NCBI GenBank assembly: GCA_965203445.1
Contig: OZ241883.1
Coordinates: 1,024,001 to 1,088,000, forward strand
Origin: Candidatus Oxydemutator sp.
Lineage (GTDB): Bacteria > Pseudomonadota > Gammaproteobacteria > Poriferisulfidales > Oxydemutatoraceae
DNA: 64,000 nt
Direction: 5' to 3'
A model generated the notes under the pieces. It was not told the origin of the DNA. It ran no database searches and worked only from the letters and a program-made list of their open reading frames with translations. Shown one piece after another: positions 27,218 through 38,354 of the stretch. A program made the position numbers and the translations under genes. Within the stretch, counting starts at the first letter, position 1. Each line of letters starts with the position of its first letter.

Positions 27218-29181
27218 ACGTGCGGCGCGCCCTCGCGGAAGCCGTCGTCTTGTGCGCCCTCGCGTTGCCGTCGGCGGTGTTCGCGCAACTGCCGCTCTCC
27301 CAGATCGGCGGGCAGAGCGGCGGCGAGTTCCTGCCGCCCGAGCAGGCCTTCGTGCTGTCGCTCGCGCGCGCCGACGGCGAACGCTTCGTCGCGCGCTGGC
27401 GCATCGCCGACGGCTATTACCTCTACCGCGACAAGACCGCGTTGGTGGCGAACGGCGAGGCCGTGGCGCTGGACAAGCCGCAAGGCGAAATGATCAACGA
27501 CCCCTATTTCGGCGACATCGAGATCTGGCGCCATCAGGTCGCGGTGCATTTCGAGACCGCGGCGCGCACGGCCGAACTGACGTGGCAGGGTTGCGCCGAC
27601 GCCGGCCTGTGCTACCCGCCGATTACGCGCCAGGTGCGGTTCGACGACGTCGCCGTTGCCGCCGCCGCCGTGCCGGGCGCGCCCGAAGCCGCCGCCGCCG
27701 CACCACGCCGGTCGGAGCAGGATCGACTCGCCGACTACTTGGCGGACGCGCGCCTCGGCCTCGCCGTGCTGGTCTTTTTCGGGCTGGGCCTGTTGCTCGC
27801 GTTCACGCCGTGCGTGTGGCCGATGCTCCCGATTCTGTCCGCGGTCATCGCGCCCCCCGCGCGTGAACGCGGCGCGACCTCGCGGATGCCCGCAAAGAAG
27901 GCATTCGCATTGTCGTCGGTCTACGTGTTGGCGATGGCCTCGACTTACAGCGCCGCCGGCGTCGCCGTCGCCGTCTCCGGCCAGAACTTGCAGCTCTGGT
28001 TCCAGCGTCCCGCGGTCATCGTGCCGTTCGCGGCCGTGTTCGTGCTGTTGGCGCTTTCGATGTTCGGTCTCTACCGGCTCGAGTTGCCGGCGTCGCTGCA
28101 AACGCGGTTGTCCGGCGTTGGCGAGCGGCGCCGCGGCCGCTACGCCGGGGCCGCGGTCATGGGGGTGTTGTCGGCGCTGGTCGCAAGCCCGTGCGTAACC
28201 GCGCCGCTGATCGGCGCGTTGCTGTTCGTCGCGCGCACCGGCGACGCCGCCACCGGCGGTCTCGCGTTGTTCAGTCTGGCGCTCGGCATGGGGGCGCCGC
28301 TGCTGGCGTTCGGCACGTCGCTGGCACGGTTCATGCCGAAGCCGGGGCCGTTTCTGAACGCGGTGCAGACCTTGCTCGGCTTCGTCCTGGTGGGGTTCGC
28401 AATCTGGCTGCTCGACCGGATCATATTGGGCCACGTTACGATGTTGCTCGCGGCCATGCTGCTCGGCGCGGCTTCCGTCTGGCTGTTCGGCGTCCTGCGC
28501 GGCGTCACCGGTGTCCGGGCGGTCGTCGGCGGGACGCTCAACGCGCTGCTGATGGCCTATGCGGTGCTGCTCGCCGCCAACGCCTCGATCGGCGGCGAGC
28601 ACTGGCTGCGGCCGTGGCATTTCGAGGCGCGCTACGCCGCCGCGCACGCGCACGCGCTTGCGTTCGAGCGCCACCGCACAATCGGCGACGTCAACCGCGC
28701 GATCGCCTCGGCCGCCGACCGAGGCCAACACACGATGCTGGTGTTCTACGCCGACTGGTGCGTCAGCTGCAAGGAACTGGAGGCGTTCACGTTCAGCGAC
28801 GCCGGCGTGCGGCGCGCGTTGGACGGCGTCGCGCTGCTCGAGGCCGACGTCACCGACGCCACCGAACAAAGCACGGAACTGCTGCGAGAGTTTTCGCTGT
28901 TCGGCCCGCCGGCGCTGTTGTTCTTCGACCGCGACGCGCGCGAAGTCGCATGGGCGCGCCTCGTCGGTTTTATAGACGCCGACGATTTCACCGAACACCT
29001 CGGCCGGGTGTTCGGCTTACAGCAAAGTATCAAGCCGCTCGATCAGCTCGGTCTTCGACAGTTCGCCGGCCTTGACGAAACGGATGACGCCGTCGCGGTC
29101 CACGAGCACGCTGTAGGGCAGACCGCCGCTGCGGTTGCCGAGAGCGCGGCTGAGCGCCATCGCGTCGTTGTAGCCGATTAG
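27214..29181 (+). CDS. dsbD: Thiol:disulfide interchange protein DsbD
   Basis: QGCADAGLCYPP, AFTPCVWPM, ASPCVTAPL, YADWCVSCKE; C-terminus overlaps the convergent gene. Confidence 0.92.
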   Translation: MNVRRALAEAVVLCALALPSAVFAQLPLSQIGGQSGGEFLPPEQAFVLSLARADGERFVARWRIADGYYLYRDKTALVANGEAVALDKPQGEMINDPYFGDIEIWRHQVAVHFETAARTAELTWQGCADAGLCYPPITRQVRFDDVAVAAAAVPGAPEAAAAAPRRSEQDRLADYLADARLGLAVLVFFGLGLLLAFTPCVWPMLPILSAVIAPPARERGATSRMPAKKAFALSSVYVLAMASTYSAAGVAVAVSGQNLQLWFQRPAVIVPFAAVFVLLALSMFGLYRLELPASLQTRLSGVGERRRGRYAGAAVMGVLSALVASPCVTAPLIGALLFVARTGDAATGGLALFSLALGMGAPLLAFGTSLARFMPKPGPFLNAVQTLLGFVLVGFAIWLLDRIILGHVTMLLAAMLLGAASVWLFGVLRGVTGVRAVVGGTLNALLMAYAVLLAANASIGGEHWLRPWHFEARYAAAHAHALAFERHRTIGDVNRAIASAADRGQHTMLVFYADWCVSCKELEAFTFSDAGVRRALDGVALLEADVTDATEQSTELLREFSLFGPPALLFFDRDAREVAWARLVGFIDADDFTEHLGRVFGLQQSIKPLDQLGLRQFAGLDETDDAVAVHEHAVGQTAAAVAESAAERHRVVVAD

Positions 29182-29559
29182 GTGCGGATAGCGCACGTGC
29201 GGCATTTGCGCCAGGAAATCCTTGATGTTGTCCTCCTCGTCCAACGCGATGCCGACGACCTCGAAGCCTTGGTCGCGGTAGAACTCGCGCACCTCGCTCA
29301 GATCCGGGATCTCGCGCCGGCACGGCGGGCACCACGCCGCCCAGAAGTTGTATAGCACGATCTGCCCGTCCCAGGTCGAAGACGACGTCAGCGTACCGTC
29401 GCCCAAGGCGCGCAGCCTGAAGTCCGGACGTTTGGTGCCGACCGGCGGCGCTTCCCCACCGGCCGCTTGCGGCACCGAATGCTGCTGCACGTAGTAGGCC
29501 GAGAAAGCACCAATCGCGGCGGCCAGCACCGCGGTCATGATCAGAAATTTGGTGCGCAT
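29017..29559 (-). CDS. TlpA-family disulfide reductase
   Basis: N-terminal hydrophobic anchor, NFWAAWCPPCRREIP, GLPYSVLVDRDG. Confidence 0.9.
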   Translation of the reverse strand: MRTKFLIMTAVLAAAIGAFSAYYVQQHSVPQAAGGEAPPVGTKRPDFRLRALGDGTLTSSSTWDGQIVLYNFWAAWCPPCRREIPDLSEVREFYRDQGFEVVGIALDEEDNIKDFLAQMPHVRYPHLIGYNDAMALSRALGNRSGGLPYSVLVDRDGVIRFVKAGELSKTELIERLDTLL

Positions 29560-29864
29560 TGCGGCGCAATCATACCATTGCCCGTAGGGCGGCAGCCGGG
29601 ATGGCCGGGAAACTGGGTCGGATTCGGATAATACGCCGAGCAAGCACCGATCACGGCGGCCGACGCATATGGCATAGTCTCGATGACGGCCTCTTGCACG
29701 GAACCGGTCCGTCAATGATGAACCGGCGGTGGCCGATGGCGGGCCGGGGAAAGTATGAACGACGGCCGGTTCGGGCATTTCCTTGCAAGCGGGGGCATAC
29801 TGTTGTAAGTTGAGGGGTAATGCCGCCATGATGTGGATAGATCGAAGCAGTTGGCGACACAATT

Positions 29865-30305
29865 ATGCCGAAACTATTGCTTATCAACGGCCCGAACCTG
29901 AATCTGCTAGGGCGGCGTGAGCCGGAGATCTACGGCACGAAGACGCTCGCCGAAATCGTCGCCGACGCGGGCGAAGTGGCCGCAGGCCGCGGCGCCGAGC
30001 TGGATCATTTTCAGTCCAACGGCGAGGGCGAGATTATCGGGCGCATCCAACGGACGATGGACGACGGCAGCGATTTTCTGATCATCAACCCGGGCGCGTT
30101 CACGCACACCAGCATCGCAATGCGCGACGCGCTGCTTGGCGTCTCCAAGCCGTTTATCGAAGTTCACCTGTCCAACGTGTTCGCGCGCGAGGAGTTTCGC
30201 CGGCGCTCGTATCTGTCCGATATTGCAGTCGCGGTGATTTCGGGCGCGGGCGCCAAGGGCTACGAGTTGGCGGTGCTGGCGGCGCTCGAGCGGCTCGCAA
30301 AGTAG
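29865..30305 (+). CDS. aroQ: Type II 3-dehydroquinate dehydratase
   Basis: [32 protein letters not shown]. Confidence 0.97.
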   Translation: MPKLLLINGPNLNLLGRREPEIYGTKTLAEIVADAGEVAAGRGAELDHFQSNGEGEIIGRIQRTMDDGSDFLIINPGAFTHTSIAMRDALLGVSKPFIEVHLSNVFAREEFRRRSYLSDIAVAVISGAGAKGYELAVLAALERLAK

Positions 30306-30317
30306 CGCGGCGCGAAG

Positions 30318-30755
30318 ATGGACATACGCAAAGTCAAGAAACTGATCGAACTGCTCGAGGAGTCGGGTGTCGCCGAGATAGAGATCAAGGAAGGCGAGGA
30401 GTCGGTTCGCATCAGCCGTTCGAGCGGCGTCGCCGCGCCGCCGCCCGCGGTGCCGTTGCAAGCGCCGCCCCCGGCCGCGCCGCAACCGGCGCAAGCGCCC
30501 GCCGCCGACAAGCCGCCGGGCCGCGTCGTCGAATCGCCGATGGTCGGCACTTTCTACCGCGCGCCGACGCCCGACGCCCGACCGTTCGTCGAGGAAGGCG
30601 ACGAGGTCGCCGCCGGCGACACCTTGTGCATCATCGAGGCGATGAAGATGATGAACCGCATCGAGGCACCGGTTGGCGGCGTCGTGCGCAAGATCCTGGT
30701 CGAGAACGGCAACCCCGTCGAATTCGGCCAGCCGCTGCTTACGATAGACGCCTGA
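30318..30755 (+). CDS. accB: Biotin carboxyl carrier protein
   Basis: [25 protein letters not shown]. Confidence 0.97.
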   Translation: MDIRKVKKLIELLEESGVAEIEIKEGEESVRISRSSGVAAPPPAVPLQAPPPAAPQPAQAPAADKPPGRVVESPMVGTFYRAPTPDARPFVEEGDEVAAGDTLCIIEAMKMMNRIEAPVGGVVRKILVENGNPVEFGQPLLTIDA

Positions 30756-30773
30756 CGCGCGGGGCGCTGCGCG

Positions 30774-32123
30774 GTGCTCGACAAGGTAGTAATCGCCAAC
30801 CGAGGGGAAATCGCGTTGCGCATACTGCGCGCGTGCCGCGAACTGGGCATAAAGACCGTCGCCGTCTATTCACAAGCCGACATCGGCCTGATGCACGTCA
30901 AGCTGGCCGACGAGTCGGTCTGCATCGGCCCGCCGGCGGCCGCGGACAGTTACCTGAACATCCCGGCCATCCTGAGCGCCGCCGAGGTCACCGACGCGGT
31001 CGCGATTCATCCGGGCTACGGCTTTTTGTCCGAGAACGCCGACTTCGCCGAGCAGGTCGAGACCAGCGGTTTTCTGTTCATCGGCCCGCCGGCGGCGGCG
31101 ATCCGCCTGATGGGCGATAAAATTTCGGCGAAGCGGGCGATGCGCGAGGCCGGCGTTCCGTGCGTGCCGGGCACCGAACGCGCGCTCGACGACGACCCCG
31201 ACGAAAACCTGGCGTTGGCGCGCGACATCGGCTATCCGGTGATCTTGAAGGCCGCCGCTGGCGGCGGCGGGCGCGGTATGCGCGCGATACACGCCGAGGG
31301 CGCGCTGCTGAACGCGATTCAGCTGACGCGCGCCGAGGCCAGGGCGGCGTTCGGCGACGACGGCATATACATGGAGAAGTTTCTCGAGAAGCCGCGCCAC
31401 GTAGAGTTCCAGGTGTTGGCCGACGCGCACGGCAACGTCATCCACCTGGGCGAGCGCGACTGCTCGATGCAGCGCAAGCACCAGAAGGTGGTCGAGGAGG
31501 CGCCGGCGCCCGGCATCAGCGACGAGCAGCGCCGCGACACCGGCGAGCGGGTGTGCGAGGCGTGCCGGCGCATCGGCTACCGAGGCGCCGGCACTTTCGA
31601 GTTTTTGTACGAGGACGGCCGCTTTTACTTCATCGAGATGAACACGCGCGTGCAGGTCGAGCATCCGGTTACCGAGATGGTGACCGGCGTCGACCTCGTG
31701 CGCCAGCAGTTGCTGGTGGCGGCCGGCGAGCGGCTCGGCATCGCCCAGCGCGACGTGCGCATCGAGGGGCACGCGATCGAGTGCCGCATCAACGCCGAGC
31801 ACCCGAAGACCTTCCACCCGTCGCCGGGCACGATCGAGCGCTCGCATTTTCCGGGCGGCCCGGGCATCCGCTGCGATTCGCACGTGTACGACGGCTACAA
31901 GGTGCCGCCGTACTACGATTCGCTGATCGGCAAGCTGATCGCGCACGGCGACGACCGCACGATCGCGATACGGCGCATGCAAAACGCGCTCGATGAGATC
32001 TTCATCACCGGCATAGACACCAACCTCGCTTTGCACCGGCAGATTATTGACGACTCGGCGTTCGCCGCCGGCGGTCTCGACATCCACTACCTGGAAAGAA
32101 AGCACCCGCACTACAATCTTTGA
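30774..32123 (+). CDS. accC: Biotin carboxylase
   Basis: [38 protein letters not shown]. Confidence 0.98.
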   Translation: MLDKVVIANRGEIALRILRACRELGIKTVAVYSQADIGLMHVKLADESVCIGPPAAADSYLNIPAILSAAEVTDAVAIHPGYGFLSENADFAEQVETSGFLFIGPPAAAIRLMGDKISAKRAMREAGVPCVPGTERALDDDPDENLALARDIGYPVILKAAAGGGGRGMRAIHAEGALLNAIQLTRAEARAAFGDDGIYMEKFLEKPRHVEFQVLADAHGNVIHLGERDCSMQRKHQKVVEEAPAPGISDEQRRDTGERVCEACRRIGYRGAGTFEFLYEDGRFYFIEMNTRVQVEHPVTEMVTGVDLVRQQLLVAAGERLGIAQRDVRIEGHAIECRINAEHPKTFHPSPGTIERSHFPGGPGIRCDSHVYDGYKVPPYYDSLIGKLIAHGDDRTIAIRRMQNALDEIFITGIDTNLALHRQIIDDSAFAAGGLDIHYLERKHPHYNL

Positions 32124-32267
32124 GGCGCGGCCCGGCTTGGGTATAATTCACCGCGTTCACGCCCCTCGCCCGTCGTTCCCGCGCGCGGGAACTCGAACGA
32201 GACGCGGGCGGCGACGCCGCCGCCGCATATACAAAGAGACGGGCACGGAAGATCGGCGTGCCTCCTG

Positions 32268-32825
32268 ATGGAGAAAGAAGCCACGTTCAGAGTAGACGCG
32301 GGCGGCGCCGCCCCGACGGCCGCGATCAAACGCCGCGCGCCGCGGCGTGCGCCGGGCGCGTTGTCCTGGCTGGCGTCGCTCGTATTGGCGGTGCTGGCCG
32401 CGGGCAGCCTGTTCGTCGCCTTCGAGCTTCCGGTCGAGCCGCCGCGAAGCCCCTCGACGCCGCTGTTGCGCAAGTTCTGCGACCACGCGGACTGCGCCTT
32501 TTTAGGCGCCGAGGTCGTCGCGCGCGACGTTCGCTTGGCGGCGCCCGCGATGCGCGCGGCGGCCGCTACGGGCACGCTGGTGTTCAGCGCCGGGGCGACC
32601 GCGGCAAACGCGCGCGCGGAACAACCCTGGCCGACGTTGGTGTTTGAATTTTTCGACGCCGACCGGCGTTCTTTGCAGGTGCGCCGGGTCGCCGGCGATG
32701 AGTACGCGCCGCCCGGCGGCGCGCCGGAGGATGCATCGTTCGCGCTCGAGATTACGTTCGCGGGCGTGCCGTCCGAGGCTACGCACTATTCGATAACGCA
32801 GGCCGCCGGGGGTGCGCGCCCATGA
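32268..32825 (+). CDS. Short, divergent DUF3426-like membrane-anchored protein
   Basis: One TM helix, CxxxxC, AEQPWPTLVFEFFD; sits between accC and fis where DUF3426 genes usually lie. Confidence 0.55.
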   Translation: MEKEATFRVDAGGAAPTAAIKRRAPRRAPGALSWLASLVLAVLAAGSLFVAFELPVEPPRSPSTPLLRKFCDHADCAFLGAEVVARDVRLAAPAMRAAAATGTLVFSAGATAANARAEQPWPTLVFEFFDADRRSLQVRRVAGDEYAPPGGAPEDASFALEITFAGVPSEATHYSITQAAGGARP

Positions 32826-33145
32826 CCGCGGCGGCCAGGAAGAAAAAGAAGGGCGCGGCCGGGAGACGCCCGGAAGGCATCAACGGCGTTTTGAAGAAGG
32901 GGCTTGCGCGGTATTTCGCGCTGCTCGACGGTCAGCCGCCGGCGCGTCTGCACGGCATGGTCATGGGCGAGGTCGAGAAGGCGCTGCTCGAACACACGAT
33001 GAAGAACGCCGATTTCAACCGCACGCAGGCGGCCCGCATACTCGGCATTAGCCGCGCCACCCTGAGAAAGAAACTCGCGCGCTACAAAATCACCGAAGGC
33101 GGCAACCGGACGCCGAAAAACCGCGCCCGAACCGGCGCAACGTGA
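32822..33145 (+). CDS. fis: Fis-family DNA-binding protein
   Basis: VMGEVEKALL...NRTQAARILGISRATLRKKLARY. Confidence 0.88.
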   Translation: MTAAARKKKKGAAGRRPEGINGVLKKGLARYFALLDGQPPARLHGMVMGEVEKALLEHTMKNADFNRTQAARILGISRATLRKKLARYKITEGGNRTPKNRARTGAT

Positions 33146-33183
33146 CAAATGCGCTATCCGCTCCCCGACGTTTTGGAAAACCC

Positions 33184-33819
33184 CTATGGCTGCCTGCTCT
33201 CGCGCTCGACCAGATGGTTCAGGAGCCGCACCAGCCTGGCGTAATTGCCGGCCATGCGCGGTGACGTCAGATACTTGCCGTTGACGACGAAAGTCGGCAC
33301 GCTCTTGAGGTTGTAGCCCTTGACGCGCGCGTCGGCGCGCCGGACTTTGGTATCCACCAGCAGCGAGTGATACGCCTGCCGGAACTTCTTCTCGGGAACG
33401 TCGTAGCCGGCGAAAAATCCCGCCAGCGACGACAGGTCGTTGAGCCGCAGCTTGCGCTTGTGCAGCGCCTCGAAGAACACCGGGTGCAGATCGGGAAGCC
33501 GCCCCAGCCCCTCGAGCACGAAATACACGCGCGCGTGGGTCGTCCACAGCTCGTTGAAGGTCGCCGGGGTGCGCACGAACTCGGCGTTTTCCGGCACCGG
33601 CCAGTTGTCCAGATACGGTTCGAGCACGTAGCAGTGCGGACACCCGTACCAGAAAAACTCGCGCACCTCGATCTTGTCCGCGGTCTCGGTCTGTTGCGGC
33701 GGTGACACGCGCAGGTAGTGCCGGCCCTCGACAAAATCGGCCGCCTTCGGCGTCTGGGCGACGGCCGGCTGGACGACGGCCACGGCCGCCAGCACCGCCA
33801 AGTGCAGCAGCGTTCCCAT
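33184..33819 (-). CDS. dsbA: Thiol:disulfide oxidoreductase DsbA
   Basis: Start at ATG 33819 overlapping the cytochrome stop; EFFWYGCPHCY, SVPTFVVNGKY. Confidence 0.92.
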   Translation of the reverse strand: MGTLLHLAVLAAVAVVQPAVAQTPKAADFVEGRHYLRVSPPQQTETADKIEVREFFWYGCPHCYVLEPYLDNWPVPENAEFVRTPATFNELWTTHARVYFVLEGLGRLPDLHPVFFEALHKRKLRLNDLSSLAGFFAGYDVPEKKFRQAYHSLLVDTKVRRADARVKGYNLKSVPTFVVNGKYLTSPRMAGNYARLVRLLNHLVERESRQP

Positions 33820-34412
33820 CAGTGCAGACCCTGGATGTAGGAGGCCACCGCCTCGATTTCCTCGTCGGTTATCCGCGCCGAGATGCCGTTCATGATTTCC
33901 GCGCCCGGATAGGTATAGGCGCCGGCGCGGTAGTTGCGCAGGCGGGTTGCGACGTAGGCCGCGTGCTGGTGGGAAAGTTTCGGGAAACCCGCCGCCGGAT
34001 TGCCGTTGCCGCGCGGGCCGTGGCAGGCGATGCAGGCCGGCACTCCGGTTTGCGCGTTGCCGCCCTGGTACAGATGGCGCCCGCTTTCCACCAGCGCCTC
34101 GGCGGCGGCGCCGGGGGAGATTTTCATGGATGCGTAATAGGCCGCGAGGTCGTGCATGTCCTGCTCGGACAAGCCTGCCACCAGCGCGTTCATCAGCGGA
34201 TTGACGCGCTCGCCGTTTTTGAAGAACTGCAAGTGTTTGTAGAGATAGGCCGCCGCTTGCCCCGCGATCTTCGGCCACTCGGGATTGACGCTGTTGCCGT
34301 CGGTGCCGTGGCATGCGACGCAGCTTTGCGACTTCTCCCGCCCCTGCTCGACGTCGCCTTGCGCCCACGCCAAGCCACACAGCAGCAGGCCGGAAAGAAG
34401 TACTCTCTTCAC
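33819..34412 (-). CDS. Diheme cytochrome c4
   Basis: Signal peptide plus two CxxCH motifs (CVACHG, CIACHG). Confidence 0.93.
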   Translation of the reverse strand: MKRVLLSGLLLCGLAWAQGDVEQGREKSQSCVACHGTDGNSVNPEWPKIAGQAAAYLYKHLQFFKNGERVNPLMNALVAGLSEQDMHDLAAYYASMKISPGAAAEALVESGRHLYQGGNAQTGVPACIACHGPRGNGNPAAGFPKLSHQHAAYVATRLRNYRAGAYTYPGAEIMNGISARITDEEIEAVASYIQGLH

Positions 34413-34623
34413 AAGATTCCTGTTTTTTCAAGGGTTTTTAGCCGGGTGAGGCACCGCGCACACGTACGCCGTACGCAATGTATTGTATTCGTCGCCGGCG
34501 GAAAACTCAAGCGCGTGTATGAGGCCACCACATTCTGGTGGCACGCCGGTCGCTCGTCCGCCAAAGCGGCGCGTTCGTCGGCCAAAACCGCGCGCGGGCG
34601 GGTTCGCGTGTGTACTGCGAGGC

Positions 34624-35211
34624 ATGGGCAAATCACGTCCACGCCGCGCGCCCGGGTCCGGTTTCACGCTGCTCGAACTGTTGATCGTGCTGTCGTTGGC
34701 GGCCGTGTTCCTGACCGCGGCCAGCGGCTTTCAGAGCGGCTGGCGGCAGCAGAAACTATTGGACGACAACGTTCTGGCGTTGGCGCGGACGCTGCGTTTT
34801 GCGCGTGGTTACGCGGTCGTGTCCGGCGCGCGCACCGTCGTCTGCAAGAGCGCCGACGGCGCTGCCTGCGGCGGCGACGGTTACGAGCACGGATGGCTGA
34901 TCTTCGCCGAGAGACCGGCGACCGAAAACGGCAGGCTCGACGCCGCCGAGCGCCTGCTGCGCGCGCGCCGTAACGCGCACGGCGGCGCGCGCACCACGAT
35001 CCGCGCCAACGCTCATCTCGAGGACTACGTCGCTTTCAACGCGCGCGGACGTTCCGAGCGCGACGGGCGTTTTATCGTCTGTCTGGACGGAAAAGTGGAC
35101 GGCGCGGCGGCACTGGTCGTAAGCAAGGGCCGGCTGCGCTTGGCGTCGGACGGTGACGGCGACGGCGTCGTCGAGGTGAACGGTGCGAATATCAAGAACT
35201 GCCTGCTGTAA
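34624..35211 (+). CDS. GspH/FimT-family minor pilin
   Basis: Prepilin motif GFTLLELLIVL; VVCKSADG..C...W.IF. Confidence 0.85.
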   Translation: MGKSRPRRAPGSGFTLLELLIVLSLAAVFLTAASGFQSGWRQQKLLDDNVLALARTLRFARGYAVVSGARTVVCKSADGAACGGDGYEHGWLIFAERPATENGRLDAAERLLRARRNAHGGARTTIRANAHLEDYVAFNARGRSERDGRFIVCLDGKVDGAAALVVSKGRLRLASDGDGDGVVEVNGANIKNCLL

Positions 35212-35671
35212 CGGCGTCCGCGCGCGGGTTGCCGGCTACAGCCTGCTCGAACTGCTGGTCGCGCTGGCGCTGGCGGGCGTCGGTCTTTTCGGTTTCGCGC
35301 ACCTGCAGCACCAGGGTCTGATGGCCGAGCGCGAGCAGGCGACGCGCATACACGCGGTGCTGCTGCTCGACGAGATCGCGCGCCATCTGCGCGCCGTCGA
35401 CCATGCCTCGGCCTATGCCGCCGGCTACCGGCGGATGAAGAGCGTGCCCGACTGCCGGGCCGCGGCTTGCACCTCGTCCGCGTTCGCGCGTTTTCAGGTG
35501 GCGGAGTGGAAATGCCGCGCCGGCGGCGGCGCATGCGCAAAACCCCCGGGCACCGCGCCGGCGCAGTTGGAAATAGCGATCTCCGCCACTGGCTTTACGC
35601 TACGCCTGCGGTGGAAGGATGCAAACGGCCGGCGCCGGATCGCGCACCGAAGCGGGGTGCTTTACTTGTGA
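35183..35671 (+). CDS. PilV-like minor pilin
   Basis: GYSLLELLVALAL prepilin motif, CxxxxC; start uncertain. Confidence 0.7.
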   Translation: MRISRTACCNGVRARVAGYSLLELLVALALAGVGLFGFAHLQHQGLMAEREQATRIHAVLLLDEIARHLRAVDHASAYAAGYRRMKSVPDCRAAACTSSAFARFQVAEWKCRAGGGACAKPPGTAPAQLEIAISATGFTLRLRWKDANGRRRIAHRSGVLYL

Positions 35672-35739
35672 CCGCGAACTGCCGCCGGCGCGCGCCGTGC
35701 ATGCGGATACTTCCGGCAGCCACGAAATCGCCCCGGTGT

Positions 35740-36336
35740 TCACTCCCGCTCCAGGCGGTATATCGCGATTTCCCCCATCAGGTTCGGCAGCAGGCGCGCG
35801 CCCGCCGACGCCTGGTGGTTGACGTCCACGGTGGTGCGTTGCAGGCGCCGGTATCCCTGCTCCCGGCACAGCGCCTCGAAGTCGCGCAGCGTGCACAGGT
35901 GGATGTTCTCGGTGTCGTACCACTGCGCCGGCAGCGCGCGCGTCACCGGCATGCGCCCGCCCCAGAGCATTTGCCAGCGGCTCTTCCAGTGCCCCATGTT
36001 GGGGAAGGTGATGATCGCCTGCCCGCCGATGCGCAGCATGTCGTCCAGCAGCAGGTCGGGGCGGCGCATCGCCTGCAGGGCCTGGGTCATGACCACGAAG
36101 TCGAAACTGCGGTCGTCGAAGTACTCGCGCAGCCCCTCGTCGAGGTTGATCTGAATGACCTCGACGCCGCGCTCGATGCAGCGCACGATGTTGTCGTCGT
36201 CTATCTCCAGCCCCAGGCCGCCGACGTTGCGGTGGCGCTGCAAATACCACAGCAACTCGCCGTCGCCGCAGCCCAGATCGAGCACTTTCGATCCGGGAGT
36301 GATCCAGGCCTGGATGATCTCGAGTTCCGGTCTCAT
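35740..36336 (-). CDS. metW: Methionine biosynthesis protein MetW
   Basis: VLDLGCGDG, ITFPNMGHW, WYDTENIHLCT; follows metX. Confidence 0.93.
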   Translation of the reverse strand: MRPELEIIQAWITPGSKVLDLGCGDGELLWYLQRHRNVGGLGLEIDDDNIVRCIERGVEVIQINLDEGLREYFDDRSFDFVVMTQALQAMRRPDLLLDDMLRIGGQAIITFPNMGHWKSRWQMLWGGRMPVTRALPAQWYDTENIHLCTLRDFEALCREQGYRRLQRTTVDVNHQASAGARLLPNLMGEIAIYRLERE

Positions 36337-37475
36337 CAGGTCTCTGCCAGAATACGGTCGGTGTAGGCGCGCAGCACCGCGAGGTACTGCGGCACCGGCA
36401 TCAGAAACGCATCGTGTCCCTGGCGCGCGCGGATCGCGCAGTAACTGACGCGCTTGCCGGCGCGCAGCAACGCATGCGTGATCTCGCGCGAGCGCGACGG
36501 CGGGAAACGCCAGTCGCTGGTGAACGAGGCGACCAGAAAGCTCGCTTGCGCCGCTCTGAGGGCGGCCGCCAGGTCGCCGCCGAAATCCGCCGCCGGATCG
36601 AAGTAATCGAGCGCCTTGGTCATCAGCAGGTAGGTGTTGGCGTCGAAGCGGTTCACGAAAGACTCGCCCTGATAGCGCAGATAGCTCTCGACCTGAAACT
36701 CGACGTCGAAGCCGAAGTTCAGCTTGCCTTCCTTCAGGTCGCGCCCGAATTTTTCACGCATCGCGTCGTCGGACAGGTAGGTGATGTGGCCGAGCATACG
36801 CGCCAGCATCAGCCCCTTCTTCGGCACCGCCAGATCGTAATAGCGCCCGCCGTTGAAGTCCGGGTCCGACACGATGGCCTGGCGCGCGACCTCGTTGAAG
36901 CCGATGTTCTGCGCCGACAGCTTGGGGGCGGCCGCGATCACCAGCGCGTGGCGCAGACCGTCGGGGTAGTCTATCGCCCACTGCAACGCCTGCATGCCGC
37001 CGAGACTACCGCCGATGACCGCGGCCCAGCGGCCGATGCCGAGCGCCTCGGCCAGGAGCTTCTGGCTTCTGACCCAGTCGCGCACGGTGACGATCGGAAA
37101 GTCCGACGCGTAAAGCTCGCCGCTTTCGGGATTGGTCGTGTTCGGCCCGGTGCTGCCCTTGCAGCCCCCGAGGTTGTTCGGGCACACGACGAAGAATTCG
37201 CGCGTGTCGAAAGGCTTGCCCGGCCCGATGCAGCTGTCCCACCAGCCGGGCTTGGCGTCGTCCATCGAGTGGTAGCCGGCGGCGTGCTGGTCGCTCGACA
37301 GCGCGTGGCAGATCAGCAGTGCGTTCGATTTGTCCTCGTTCAGCGTACCGTAGGTCTCGTAGGCCAGCGTGAAACCGGGCAGGCTGTGCCCGCAATCGAG
37401 CGCCAGCGGCGCGGCGAACGAATGGTGCCTAGTGTCGACGAGGCCGACCGAATCGGCTGGGATTTTTTCCGGCAT
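36336..37475 (-). CDS. metX: Homoserine O-acyltransferase MetX
   Basis: [28 protein letters not shown]. Confidence 0.95.
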   Translation of the reverse strand: MPEKIPADSVGLVDTRHHSFAAPLALDCGHSLPGFTLAYETYGTLNEDKSNALLICHALSSDQHAAGYHSMDDAKPGWWDSCIGPGKPFDTREFFVVCPNNLGGCKGSTGPNTTNPESGELYASDFPIVTVRDWVRSQKLLAEALGIGRWAAVIGGSLGGMQALQWAIDYPDGLRHALVIAAAPKLSAQNIGFNEVARQAIVSDPDFNGGRYYDLAVPKKGLMLARMLGHITYLSDDAMREKFGRDLKEGKLNFGFDVEFQVESYLRYQGESFVNRFDANTYLLMTKALDYFDPAADFGGDLAAALRAAQASFLVASFTSDWRFPPSRSREITHALLRAGKRVSYCAIRARQGHDAFLMPVPQYLAVLRAYTDRILAET

Positions 37476-37529
37476 GGACGTTTCACCCGCGCTTTGCGCG
37501 GCGTGGCCATTGTATTACAACGGGTTTGT

Positions 37530-38354
37530 TCACGCGCGCCGCCGGGCCGCAAACGTCAGGACTTCGTAGCTGGCCGGCACCAGGCCGCGTACGCCGTAGC
37601 GCCGCTGGTAGTTCGCCTCCAGCGCGCGTAGGGCCGCGGGCGTCGTCAGGCCGCGACGACGCGCGGCGTGGTGGTTGGTCGCACCGCTGTTTTTCAGGTT
37701 GCGCAGCAGTTCGCCGACGCCGCGATGGTGGACGACCTCGAGCTGGCGCGTGCACAGGTCGACGTCGAAGCTGCTTTGCCGCAATTTCTTTTTCAGCTCG
37801 GCGGCGTCGGCGAAGTCGAGCGTGTGGCGGTAGCCGTCGGCCTCGCTCCAGCTCCGCCGCAGTTCGTCCAGCGTCTTCGGCCCGTAGGTCGAGAACACCA
37901 GGCGCGCGCCGCGCCGCGCGATGCGCGCGAATTGTGCGAACAGGAAGCCGGGATCGGCGAACCACTGCACCAGCGAGCTGGAGTAGATCAGGTCGAACGT
38001 TCCGTCACCGAACGGCGGGCGCTCGGCGTCGGCGCAGACGAAACGCGACGCCGCGTCGCAGCCTTGCGCGGCGCGCCGGATCATGCGCGGCGCGAAGTCG
38101 AGGCCGACGAGGAAGGCGCGCGGGAAGCGGTCGCGCAGCAGGCGCACGCCGTAGCCGGTGCCGGCGCCGGCGTCGAGTATCACGCGCGGGCCGCGCGCGT
38201 CCTTCGCGCACACGTCCGCGCACGTCTGGATCAGGTCGCAGGCGATTTTCTGCTGCACGCCGCTGTATGCATCGTAGCGAGCCGCGGCCCGGTCGAACGA
38301 ATGCCGCACCGCCCGCTTGCTGATCGAGCGCTCCGGTTTCGATACGATTTTCAC
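37530..38354 (-). CDS. bioC: Malonyl-ACP O-methyltransferase BioC
   Basis: FDRAAARYD, LDAGAGTG, STYGPKTLDEL; GTG start overlaps the bioH stop. Confidence 0.88.
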   Translation of the reverse strand: MKIVSKPERSISKRAVRHSFDRAAARYDAYSGVQQKIACDLIQTCADVCAKDARGPRVILDAGAGTGYGVRLLRDRFPRAFLVGLDFAPRMIRRAAQGCDAASRFVCADAERPPFGDGTFDLIYSSSLVQWFADPGFLFAQFARIARRGARLVFSTYGPKTLDELRRSWSEADGYRHTLDFADAAELKKKLRQSSFDVDLCTRQLEVVHHRGVGELLRNLKNSGATNHHAARRRGLTTPAALRALEANYQRRYGVRGLVPASYEVLTFAARRRA

